Shown: positions 31,103-38,584, counted from the first letter of the stretch. The stretch: 64,000 bases of DNA from a virus (IMGVR_UViG_3300032334_001433:128001-192000), one strand, 5' to 3'. Made by a program: numbers and translations. Notes: generated by a model not told the origin, from the sequence alone.

Positions 31103-32182
31103 ATGTCATTACTAGAACGGTTGAAGAAAAATTCAACAATTAAAGAATCAGAAATTCTAAACAAATCCAAATTCTTCGCAAAGAAGGATATGATTCAAAC
31201 ATCTGTGCCTATGATGAATGTTGCATTGTCTGGAAGTCTTGAAGGAGGATTTACTCCTGGACTAACAGTATTTGCAGGCCCATCTAAGCATTTTAAAACT
31301 GCATTCTCATTACTGCTTACTAAAGCATATATTGATAAGTATCCAGAAGCAGTTGTTTTATTTTATGATTCGGAGTTTGGTTCCCCTCAAGCATACTTTG
31401 ATAACTTTGGAATTGATACTACTCGAATCCTACATACTCCGATTACAGATATTGAACAATTGAAGTTTGATATTATGACTCAGATTAATAACATTAATCG
31501 AGGTGAGCAAGTAATCATTATTATTGACTCTGTAGGAAATCTTGCTTCCAAGAAAGAAGTTGACGATGCACTAGAAGGTAAATCTGTTGCAGATATGACC
31601 CGTGCGAAACAGATGAAATCTTTGTTTAGAATGGTTACTCCTCACTTGACAATTAAAGATATTCCTATGGTTGTTGTTAATCATACTTATTCTGAAATTG
31701 GATTGTATCCTAAACAGATTGTATCTGGCGGAACAGGATTGTATTATTCTGCAGATAATATCTTTATTATTGGGCGCCAACAAGAAAAAGAAGGTAGCGA
31801 TGTTATTGGATATAACTTTGTTATGAACGTAGAGAAATCTAGGTTTGTTCGTGAGAAATCTAAGATTCCAATTGAAGTTACATTTGAAGGCGGAATTAGT
31901 AAATGGTCTGGTCTATTGGATGTGGCATTAGAGGGCGGGTATGTTGTTAAGCCATCTAATGGTTGGTATTCTAAAGTAGATAAAGAAACAGGTGAAATTG
32001 ATGCTAAGAAATATCGCCTTAAAGATACATATACTAAAGAATTCTGGATGCCAATTTTAACAACTAAATCTTTTAAAGAATATATTGAAAGCAATTATCG
32101 TATTGCAGGAAGTGATATGTTAGGTAAGAGTTTTGATGAAACAGACATCGAAGAGGAATTTGAAAATGCCAGTGAAGTATAG
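31103..32182 (+). CDS. uvsX: UvsX RecA-like recombinase
   Basis: AGPSKHFKT, YDSEFG, KSVADMTRAK, VSGGTG. Confidence 0.95.
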   Translation: MSLLERLKKNSTIKESEILNKSKFFAKKDMIQTSVPMMNVALSGSLEGGFTPGLTVFAGPSKHFKTAFSLLLTKAYIDKYPEAVVLFYDSEFGSPQAYFDNFGIDTTRILHTPITDIEQLKFDIMTQINNINRGEQVIIIIDSVGNLASKKEVDDALEGKSVADMTRAKQMKSLFRMVTPHLTIKDIPMVVVNHTYSEIGLYPKQIVSGGTGLYYSADNIFIIGRQQEKEGSDVIGYNFVMNVEKSRFVREKSKIPIEVTFEGGISKWSGLLDVALEGGYVVKPSNGWYSKVDKETGEIDAKKYRLKDTYTKEFWMPILTTKSFKEYIESNYRIAGSDMLGKSFDETDIEEEFENASEV

Positions 32183-32456
32183 TCCGTGGGCTTTAAAAAA
32201 TGAAGATAAAGATTTATGGGGCGTCAAACTTTTGGAAGGTGAGTTTGCCGGAACAATCGTCAGTATTGCTTCCATCGCGTTGGAAGATAATAGTGACGGA
32301 CAACTTGCCGTAGATTTTACTATAATTGAAAAGCCGCCTCATAAAGATGAGAACGATATGAAATCCGAAAAATTCAATACTGCGTTTTCCGGCATTTTAA
32401 ACAATATGATAGAACAGGCAATGCATGACTACGAAAATCGAGACAGTAATTCTTGA
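32166..32456 (+). CDS. gp40-like head vertex assembly chaperone
   Basis: Sits between uvsX and gp41 as in T4; size about 96 aa. Confidence 0.5.
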   Translation: MPVKYSPWALKNEDKDLWGVKLLEGEFAGTIVSIASIALEDNSDGQLAVDFTIIEKPPHKDENDMKSEKFNTAFSGILNNMIEQAMHDYENRDSNS

Positions 32457-33837
32457 GAATTTAATAAGTGATGACGATTATATGAGAAAGGTAATCCCGT
32501 TTCTAAAGCGGGATTATTTTATAGACAATAACGAAAAAATAATTTATGATCGAATAAAAGATTTTATTGACCATTATAATTCACTACCAAACAAAGATGC
32601 ATTGGTAATTGCAGTACAAAACGATAAAAGCCTTACCGAAGATCAGTACAAAGAAATTGTTGACATTGTTAATTTATTTGAAAAAACAGAACACAATCGA
32701 GATTGGTTGTATAAGGAAACAGAAAAGTTCTGTAAAGATAAAGCAATCTATAATGCTATTCTAAGTTCAATTGCAATTATTGATGGGCGGGATAAAGGTA
32801 AATCTGAGGATGGTATTCCTCAATTGTTGCAAGAAGCACTTGGTGTTTGCTTTGACAATAATGTTGGTCATGACTATATTCAGAATGCAGAAAGTCGATA
32901 TGAATTCTATCATCGTGTAGAATCTCGTGTACCTTTTGATTTAGATTATTTTAACAAAATTACTAACGGCGGTATGCCTAATAAGACATTGAATGTTTGT
33001 CTTGCAGGTACTGGTGTTGGTAAATCGTTGTTTATGTGTCACGTTGCTGCATCTGTTTTAAGTCAGAATAAAAATGTTTTGTACATTACTTTAGAAATGG
33101 CAGAAGAAAGAATTGCAGAACGTATTGATGCAAATCTAATGAATATTACTATGGATCAACTTAAAGATTTGCCTAAGTCTTTATTTGATAGTAGGATTGA
33201 AAAGATTCGTAACAAGACAGAAGGCAATCTGATTATTAAAGAGTATCCAACGGCAGGTGCCCATACAGGACACTTTAAGGCATTGTTAAATGAATTGCAG
33301 TTGAAGCGACAGTTTAAACCTGATATCATTATTATTGATTACTTAAATATTTGTGCAAGTTCTAGATTCAAGTCTGGTTCAAATATTAATTCATATACTT
33401 TAATTAAGTCTATTGCCGAAGAACTTCGTGGATTGGCAGTAGAAGAAAATGTACCTATTCTAAGTGCAACGCAGACGACACGAGGCGGATATGGTAACAC
33501 AGATGTTGAATTGACAGATACTTCTGAATCGTTTGGTTTGCCTGCGACAGTTGATTTTATGTTTGCTTTAATTTCTACAGAAGAGCTAGAGCAATTGAAT
33601 CAACTAATGGTCAAGCAATTAAAGAATAGATATAATGATCCTACATCAAATAAAAGATTTATGATTGGGATTGATAGAGCAAAGATGAAACTATATGATC
33701 TAGAGCCATCAGCACAAAAAGGATTGACTGATGCTAATTTGGATATTGATAGGGTTGACAACTCAGCAAAAAGCAATTATAATTTAGGAGATGTGTTCAA
33801 CAGGACACGTAGAGATTTTTCGGCAATTAAAATTTAA
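32425..33837 (+). CDS. gp41: Replicative DNA helicase
   Basis: LAGTGVGKS, TLEMAEE, IIDYLNI, SATQTTR, SESFGLP. Confidence 0.95.
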   Translation: MTTKIETVILENLISDDDYMRKVIPFLKRDYFIDNNEKIIYDRIKDFIDHYNSLPNKDALVIAVQNDKSLTEDQYKEIVDIVNLFEKTEHNRDWLYKETEKFCKDKAIYNAILSSIAIIDGRDKGKSEDGIPQLLQEALGVCFDNNVGHDYIQNAESRYEFYHRVESRVPFDLDYFNKITNGGMPNKTLNVCLAGTGVGKSLFMCHVAASVLSQNKNVLYITLEMAEERIAERIDANLMNITMDQLKDLPKSLFDSRIEKIRNKTEGNLIIKEYPTAGAHTGHFKALLNELQLKRQFKPDIIIIDYLNICASSRFKSGSNINSYTLIKSIAEELRGLAVEENVPILSATQTTRGGYGNTDVELTDTSESFGLPATVDFMFALISTEELEQLNQLMVKQLKNRYNDPTSNKRFMIGIDRAKMKLYDLEPSAQKGLTDANLDIDRVDNSAKSNYNLGDVFNRTRRDFSAIKI

Positions 33838-33846
33838 GGAAATAAA

Positions 33847-34041
33847 ATGAACGCACATAACGATATTAAAACAAACTTGGCAGCATACGAAGCCGAAAAT
33901 GAAAAGTTTGAAAAAGGAAACAATGCAGCAGGTACACGTGCTCGCAAAGCTTTACAAGAACTAGGCAAAGCAATTAAAGCTCGTCGAACAGAAATTACTG
34001 AAGTTCGTACAGCTCGCGCGGAAGCAAAAACTAAGGCATAA
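33847..34041 (+). CDS. Histone H1-like Hc1-family protein
   Basis: KFEKGNNAAGTRARKALQEL. Confidence 0.75.
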   Translation: MNAHNDIKTNLAAYEAENEKFEKGNNAAGTRARKALQELGKAIKARRTEITEVRTARAEAKTKA

Positions 34042-34043
34042 CT

Positions 34044-34220
34044 ATGGCAACTCGCAAACCAAAAAATACGACTATTGAAACCTGGCCCAAGATTGTTAAA
34101 GGCACCCATCTAACGGTTACAAAGCATGAAGATGGTCGTGTTGAATTGGTTTGGGATGATGAACAACTTACTAAAGAAGTACTTGCAGCAATTGCTAGCG
34201 TAACTAAAAATAAGGCATAA
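34044..34220 (+). CDS. Hypothetical 58-aa protein (not in the ORF track)
   Basis: MATRKPKNTTIETWPKIVKGTHLTV...; fills the operon gap exactly. Confidence 0.65.
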   Translation: MATRKPKNTTIETWPKIVKGTHLTVTKHEDGRVELVWDDEQLTKEVLAAIASVTKNKA

Positions 34221-34224
34221 TTAT

Positions 34225-34659
34225 ATGGCAACCTGGTCAATTACTAATCAGTATAAAAAAAGTGCAATTGAAAAACAATATTGGTACAAAGATGGTAAAG
34301 AAATTATCCGCATTGAAGGATATCGCTGGGGCGTTTGGACTTGCGATAGCGATGAAAAGCCTGAAATTGATCTAGCTAATGAAGATGAATATCGTATTGG
34401 CAGCGACGACTATGAATGGGAAATGGAAGAGATGCTTGATGGCTGTTGGGCAGATTGGGTATTTCCTGAAGATATGGATGACGACGAACAAGAAGATATT
34501 GAAGATGCTTGGAATGAAGACTTCTTTGAAGGGCTAGAAGAATTGGGTTGGTCTCTCGATGAAACCGAATATATTATTGAAGGCCCTATTGCATTAACTA
34601 ATACAGATACAAACGAAAAATTCTTTGGTGAAGAGCCTAATAATTTTGGAGAAGATTGA
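34225..34659 (+). CDS. Hypothetical acidic protein
   Basis: ORF, D/E/W-rich. Confidence 0.75.
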   Translation: MATWSITNQYKKSAIEKQYWYKDGKEIIRIEGYRWGVWTCDSDEKPEIDLANEDEYRIGSDDYEWEMEEMLDGCWADWVFPEDMDDDEQEDIEDAWNEDFFEGLEELGWSLDETEYIIEGPIALTNTDTNEKFFGEEPNNFGED

Positions 34660-35480
34660 TGACAAATTATTGGTCAAATAGCCATTTTGCAGATTGGATT
34701 CGAGGTACCAATAAATTAAAAATGGGTACTTCTGAAGAATGGGATACTTGGATTAAGCAATCAAAAGCATCTTATCCAATTCGTTATTGGATTGCCGAAG
34801 AAGGTCTTGATTCACTACAAAAATTTATCTATCTGCCTGTTAATACAATCTATAATATTAAATACTACATTAATAATCGTTTCGTTACTCGTAGTCATGC
34901 TCTTACTGCGCATCCGCGGGATATTAAACCTGGTCAATGGCAAGATTTAGGGTATCGTTTTTTACCTTGTCTCTTTAACGAATTAGTTAATTTTGTTGAA
35001 ATAGAACAAGCGTGGCATTATATTGCATGGGATGAGGAAGCTCGTAAAAAATACAAAGCACCTTTTTGGTCTTGGGGTTGGTGGCGGTGGCGTACATGGC
35101 GTAGTCGTGATGCAGGCCTAGCATACCTTGATTGGGCATCTAGTCAGGTAATGGATGAAGGTTGGGGTGTTGAAAAAGATTCTCCCAATTATGGCAAGCC
35201 AACCAATCAAGCAGAAACCGCAAAAGAAATAAAAGCATTATATTTGTGGTGGACTACTGTTTATCGCTATAGATTAGATCCATTAGAAGCAAGCGGGTGG
35301 TCTGCATATTGCGATAAAATACGAAATGAAACTGGTAGTCTTTTTGGCTCAATTGAAAAAGAAGATGAAGAAGGTTCGCGCATATTAAAATTATATGATG
35401 AGATTGAAAAATCTTACGAAAAAGAAGATGAAGAAATGTTAATTCGTCTAATTAAAGTTAGAAATTCTCTTTGGACCTAA
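34659..35480 (+). CDS. Hypothetical Trp-rich phage protein
   Basis: ORF. Confidence 0.75.
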   Translation: MTNYWSNSHFADWIRGTNKLKMGTSEEWDTWIKQSKASYPIRYWIAEEGLDSLQKFIYLPVNTIYNIKYYINNRFVTRSHALTAHPRDIKPGQWQDLGYRFLPCLFNELVNFVEIEQAWHYIAWDEEARKKYKAPFWSWGWWRWRTWRSRDAGLAYLDWASSQVMDEGWGVEKDSPNYGKPTNQAETAKEIKALYLWWTTVYRYRLDPLEASGWSAYCDKIRNETGSLFGSIEKEDEEGSRILKLYDEIEKSYEKEDEEMLIRLIKVRNSLWT

Positions 35481-35489
35481 CCCAACCAT

Positions 35490-35497
35490 TATAAATA
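35490..35497 (+). promoter_or_regulatory. T4-type late promoter
   Basis: TATAAATA then SD GGAGG. Confidence 0.65.
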
Positions 35498-35513
35498 AAA
35501 TGGGAGGGCAAAA

Positions 35514-35999
35514 ATGTACGTCACCGTCAGAAACGCGAAAGATAAAACTCTCGTAAAACTACTTAAATTGGCGGCGCATTCCTATGCAGGAAATTTGCTC
35601 TCACCTCAAATGTCAAAAAATATTACTGTTAAAATTACAGTAAAAGACGACATAGATGCTGGGGGATATTGTAATTATGAATTTAGTGATACAGGAAATC
35701 CTCGAGAATTTACAATTGATATACTTCGTACTAAAAGAACAATTCTTATGTTTAAAATTCTCGCACATGAAATGGTGCATCTAAAACAAATAGCCAAAGG
35801 AGAAATGAAGGATAGACTTAGTAAAAGTAAGTATATTACATCATGGTTTGGTGTGAAATATGATGACGATGTTTCTTATTGGGATCAACCTTGGGAAATA
35901 GAAGCATATGGTTTAGAGAATGGTCTTGTTGCAAAATTTATAATAGAACATGATCAATTTAAAAATTTAAAACAAAGGCAAGCTGATTGGTTTTTGTGA
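35514..35999 (+). CDS. HExxH metallopeptidase-like protein
   Basis: LAHEMVHLKQ, PWEIEA. Confidence 0.75.
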   Translation: MYVTVRNAKDKTLVKLLKLAAHSYAGNLLSPQMSKNITVKITVKDDIDAGGYCNYEFSDTGNPREFTIDILRTKRTILMFKILAHEMVHLKQIAKGEMKDRLSKSKYITSWFGVKYDDDVSYWDQPWEIEAYGLENGLVAKFIIEHDQFKNLKQRQADWFL

Positions 36000-36026
36000 T
36001 ACGAAAATAACTATAAGGAGCGAAAT

Positions 36027-36179
36027 ATGAATTATACATTTACGCTATATGATATGATACAAATAGCCCTACTGCTTGCAGCATGCTATTCATGCTTTAA
36101 ATGGGGCCACAACAAAGGAGTCGAAGATACTTTGGACTATTTAGAATCAGAAGGAGTAATCGAGAAGGAAAATGCTTAA
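36027..36179 (+). CDS. Small membrane protein (not in the ORF track)
   Basis: SD AAGGAG; MNYTFTLYDMIQIALLLAACYSCFKWGHNKGVEDTLDYLESEGVIEKENA. Confidence 0.65.
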   Translation: MNYTFTLYDMIQIALLLAACYSCFKWGHNKGVEDTLDYLESEGVIEKENA

Positions 36180-36221
36180 AAATTAAGCAAAAAACGACCC
36201 TGTTGTTAAAAAACAACACCT

Positions 36222-36253
36222 AGAACCCGAGCATTTGACTCGGGTTCTTTTTT
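36222..36253 (+). terminator. Intrinsic terminator overlapping a sigma70 promoter
   Basis: AGAACCCGAG-CATTTGA-CTCGGGTTCT then a T run. Confidence 0.8.
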
Positions 36254-36263
36254 CTGTTATAAT
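36235..36263 (+). promoter_or_regulatory. sigma70-type promoter
   Basis: TTGACT-17-TATAAT. Confidence 0.75.
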
Positions 36264-36659
36264 ATGGTTATGAAATTAGAAATAGGTCAAACCGTAGAGC
36301 TGCACGCTAGATTCAAGTCCAATCTACTTAATGTAGAATACGACGATGTAGTGTTCAAGGGTAAAGTTGTTAGCAATCCTAAGTGGTTGGATAACGATTA
36401 CGTTTCTGTATATACAGGAACAAAAGAATACCCTACTTCTTATATCCATAAGAGGTTCATTGTTGGTTTTGAGTTTTCCAAACAGCGCTCTGATACACGA
36501 GTGTTCAAGGTAAAGGCCAAACTAAAAGGTTCGGTCTATAACGTAATTTCTGGAAATGGCAAGGTCTCATGTGATTGCGTGGGGTTCCAGTTCCGTAGAG
36601 ATTGCAAGCACGTCAAAAAGATTAAGGAATTTTTGCTTTTGGACACAAAAAGTGCTTGA
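36264..36659 (+). CDS. SWIM Zn-finger protein
   Basis: SCDCVGFQFRRDCKHV; start may be ATG 36270. Confidence 0.75.
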   Translation: MVMKLEIGQTVELHARFKSNLLNVEYDDVVFKGKVVSNPKWLDNDYVSVYTGTKEYPTSYIHKRFIVGFEFSKQRSDTRVFKVKAKLKGSVYNVISGNGKVSCDCVGFQFRRDCKHVKKIKEFLLLDTKSA

Positions 36660-36684
36660 CAAGCCGCCCGAAAGGGTATATAAT
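36656..36684 (+). promoter_or_regulatory. sigma70-type promoter
   Basis: TTGACA-17-TATAAT. Confidence 0.85.
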
Positions 36685-36732
36685 ATGAAATGTGAAGTCG
36701 TTAATTTATTAATTTTTTGAAAGGTCTATATT

Positions 36733-37134
36733 ATGAGTACATTCACAGTTGCAGGTGTTTCCACCCATGCCGAGCAAGGCACCAAGGTTCGTTTTGCCAA
36801 TGATCTGGCATCTCGTGTTAAGCTGTTGTCCAAAGGCGGACACGCTCCCCTTGAACTCGTCGAGTTGCCTAAGCCGATGACTAAAGCAGAAGCTTGCCAG
36901 TATCTTCTAGATGCAGGTGGAGTTTTTGAACAATGGACTTCTGTTATTACAGAGACCATGGGCAAGAAACAAGGTGCTAAGATTAGCACGCCGAAAGTAG
37001 TTAAGGCAAAAGCAGTTAAAGCAACAACGGCTAAGGCTCCTGTTGTTAAAGCAAAGCCAGTTAAAGTTGTGAAAGCTAAGGAAGAAGATTTCGATATTGA
37101 AGAAATCAAAGAACTTGCAGACGCAACTTTTTAA
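36733..37134 (+). CDS. Hypothetical protein with a K/A/V/P-rich histone-like tail
   Basis: KVVKAKAVKATTAKAPVVKAKPVKVVKAK. Confidence 0.75.
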   Translation: MSTFTVAGVSTHAEQGTKVRFANDLASRVKLLSKGGHAPLELVELPKPMTKAEACQYLLDAGGVFEQWTSVITETMGKKQGAKISTPKVVKAKAVKATTAKAPVVKAKPVKVVKAKEEDFDIEEIKELADATF

Positions 37135-37175
37135 AAATAAAGTTTAAAAAGTACCGATAGATTGATGTTCTAGAC

Positions 37176-37183
37176 TATAAATA
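37176..37183 (+). promoter_or_regulatory. T4-type late promoter upstream of the leader peptide and tRNA array
   Basis: TATAAATA. Confidence 0.75.
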
Positions 37184-37204
37184 ATTTATAGCAAGGAAAA
37201 AGTA

Positions 37205-37300
37205 ATGTTAAGTAAACTAATAGCCCACGGAAAAGACATTTATGGCACACAGCCAGAATGCTTTGCGCGTCCAAATTCATGGAGAGTGCATCGAGGGTAA
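37205..37300 (+). CDS. 31-aa putative attenuator leader peptide
   Basis: SD AAGGA at 37193-37197; MLSKLIAHGKDIYGTQPECFARPNSWRVHRG*, containing all 20 amino acids. Confidence 0.7.
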   Translation: MLSKLIAHGKDIYGTQPECFARPNSWRVHRG

Positions 37301-37327
37301 GTTTACAGAACATTTCTGAAATCTAAC

Positions 37328-37367
37328 AAACCCTCGGTACCCGCAAAGTCCGAGGGTTTTTTATTTT
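37328..37367 (+). terminator. Intrinsic terminator (attenuator 3:4 stem)
   Basis: AAACCCTCGG...CCGAGGGTTT plus TTTTTTATTTT. Confidence 0.85.
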
Positions 37368-37405
37368 AAGTATCCTAGCAAAGCAAAGGGTCTTTAAAAT
37401 AAGAG

Positions 37406-37434
37406 TTGACAAGGTGTCAAGAGTGTGCTATAAT
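37406..37434 (+). promoter_or_regulatory. sigma70-type promoter of the tRNA array
   Basis: TTGACA-17-TATAAT. Confidence 0.85.
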
Positions 37435-37446
37435 AGACACATAAAC

Positions 37447-37489
37447 AGCAACAGAATGATAGAGTTAGTTGCTTAGTTCTTTTAAAATT
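37447..37489 (+). promoter_or_regulatory. boxB-like hairpin and boxA-like element
   Basis: AGCAAC/GTTGCT stem then GTTCTTTAAAATTT (rrn boxA is TGCTCTTTAACA). Confidence 0.5.
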
Positions 37490-37507
37490 TGTATACCATT
37501 TTTAAGT

Positions 37508-37581
37508 GTTCGGTTAGCTCAATAGTAGAGCATACGACTGATAATCGTAAGACAGAGGAGCGTTACCTCTACCGAATACCA
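37508..37581 (+). tRNA. tRNA-Ile(GAT)
   Basis: Cloverleaf, CCA; atypical T-loop AGCGTTA. Confidence 0.85.
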
Positions 37582-37586
37582 TATGT

Positions 37587-37662
37587 GTCCTGTTCATCTA
37601 GCGGCCTAGGATAGTACCCTTTCACGGTATTCACACGGGTTCAAATCCCGTACAGGACTCCA
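37587..37662 (+). tRNA. tRNA-Glu(TTC)
   Basis: Cloverleaf, CCA. Confidence 0.9.
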
Positions 37663-37890
37663 TATTAAAATGTATTAGGTTACCAACCCAGTAGGTGATC
37701 TAGGAGAGGATTAATCTGTGGCCGCACAGACTCTGCCTAGACACATGAAAGATAGAGATCGACTTTGAATTGATCTTGGCGTCGCGCTGGAGTAAGTTGG
37801 ATGGTAATGTGAATGACGACCAGTCGCATGACGAATGCGTGGTTAGTCCCAGTGGGATTGTTGTCGGACATCCTAGTACATTTTAATATG
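37661..37890 (+). ncRNA. Unassigned ~230-nt structured RNA inside the tRNA array
   Basis: 19-bp closing inverted repeat and several internal hairpins; no ORF. Confidence 0.6.
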
Positions 37891-37897
37891 GATATAT

Positions 37898-37973
37898 GTG
37901 CGCGTGACCCGAACGGTTAGGGAGCGGATTGCAAATCCGTATCATGCAGGTTCGACTCCTGTCGCGCACTCCA
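37898..37973 (+). tRNA. tRNA-Cys(GCA)
   Basis: Cloverleaf, U73, CCA. Confidence 0.9.
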
Positions 37974-38043
37974 AGTGATGATTTAGATGTTAAACTGAAT
38001 GCGCTAGCAAACGTCCAATCAGGTGCGAAGCCTGTCCTAATTT

Positions 38044-38119
38044 GGTCTTAAAGTGTTCATGGACGCACGACGGCTTGTCACGCCGTAAGAGCGGGGATCG
38101 TTACCCCCTAAGACCGCCA
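38044..38119 (+). tRNA. tRNA-Asp(GTC)
   Basis: Cloverleaf, G73, CCA; atypical T-loop ATCGTTA. Confidence 0.85.
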
Positions 38120-38130
38120 AATTTTATTAT

Positions 38131-38207
38131 GCCCTGGTGACGGAATTGGTATACGTACTGGTCTTAGAAACCAGGTTCTGGGAGTTCAAGTCTCCCCTAG
38201 GGCACCA
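38131..38207 (+). tRNA. tRNA-Leu(TAG) with a short variable loop
   Basis: Cloverleaf, A73, CCA; 5-nt variable region. Confidence 0.85.
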
Positions 38208-38258
38208 AATACTCGCTTTGACTTATGGCGTATAATAGGCTAAGTAATAAGTCACCTT

Positions 38259-38334
38259 GGGGGATTAGCTCATTTGGTAGAGCATCTGCTTTGCAAGCAG
38301 GGGGCGATCAGTTCGAATCTGATATTCTCCACCA
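38259..38334 (+). tRNA. tRNA-Ala(TGC)
   Basis: Cloverleaf, G3:U70, CCA. Confidence 0.92.
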
Positions 38335-38344
38335 GAATTTTTTT

Positions 38345-38420
38345 GCCGGTTTAGCTCATTTGGTAGAGCAGGCGCCTTGTAAGCGTCAGGTGGTCAGTTC
38401 GAAACCGACAACCGGCACCA
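38345..38420 (+). tRNA. tRNA-Thr(TGT)
   Basis: Cloverleaf, CCA. Confidence 0.92.
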
Positions 38421-38426
38421 GTATTT

Positions 38427-38500
38427 GCGGGGTTCATTTAATGGTAGGATTTCAGCCTTCCAAGCTGATAGCGCGAGTTCGATTCTCGCACCCCGCTCCA
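38427..38500 (+). tRNA. tRNA-Gly(TCC)
   Basis: Cloverleaf, CCA. Confidence 0.92.
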
Positions 38501-38506
38501 ATTTTT

Positions 38507-38584
38507 CCGTGTGTAGCGCAGTCTGGTTAGCGCATCTGCTTTGGGAGCAGAGGGTCGGGAGTTCGAATCTCTCTACACGGACCA
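38507..38584 (+). tRNA. tRNA-Pro(TGG)
   Basis: Cloverleaf, CCA. Confidence 0.92.

Noticed and set aside
36726-37109. Minus-strand ORF opposite 36733-37134, and the many other short antisense or nested ORFs in the track
   Set aside because: They overlap well-supported genes and lack an SD, a promoter or recognisable motifs.
37661-37890. Structured RNA as tmRNA, RNase P RNA or a group I intron
   Set aside because: It lacks tRNA-Ala-like ends and a tag ORF, and I could not find P4 or P7 core motifs; kept as an unassigned ncRNA.
38218-38237. TTGACT...TATAAT in the Leu-Ala tRNA spacer as a promoter
   Set aside because: The spacer is only 7 nt; more likely part of a TGACTTAT/ATAAGTCA hairpin.
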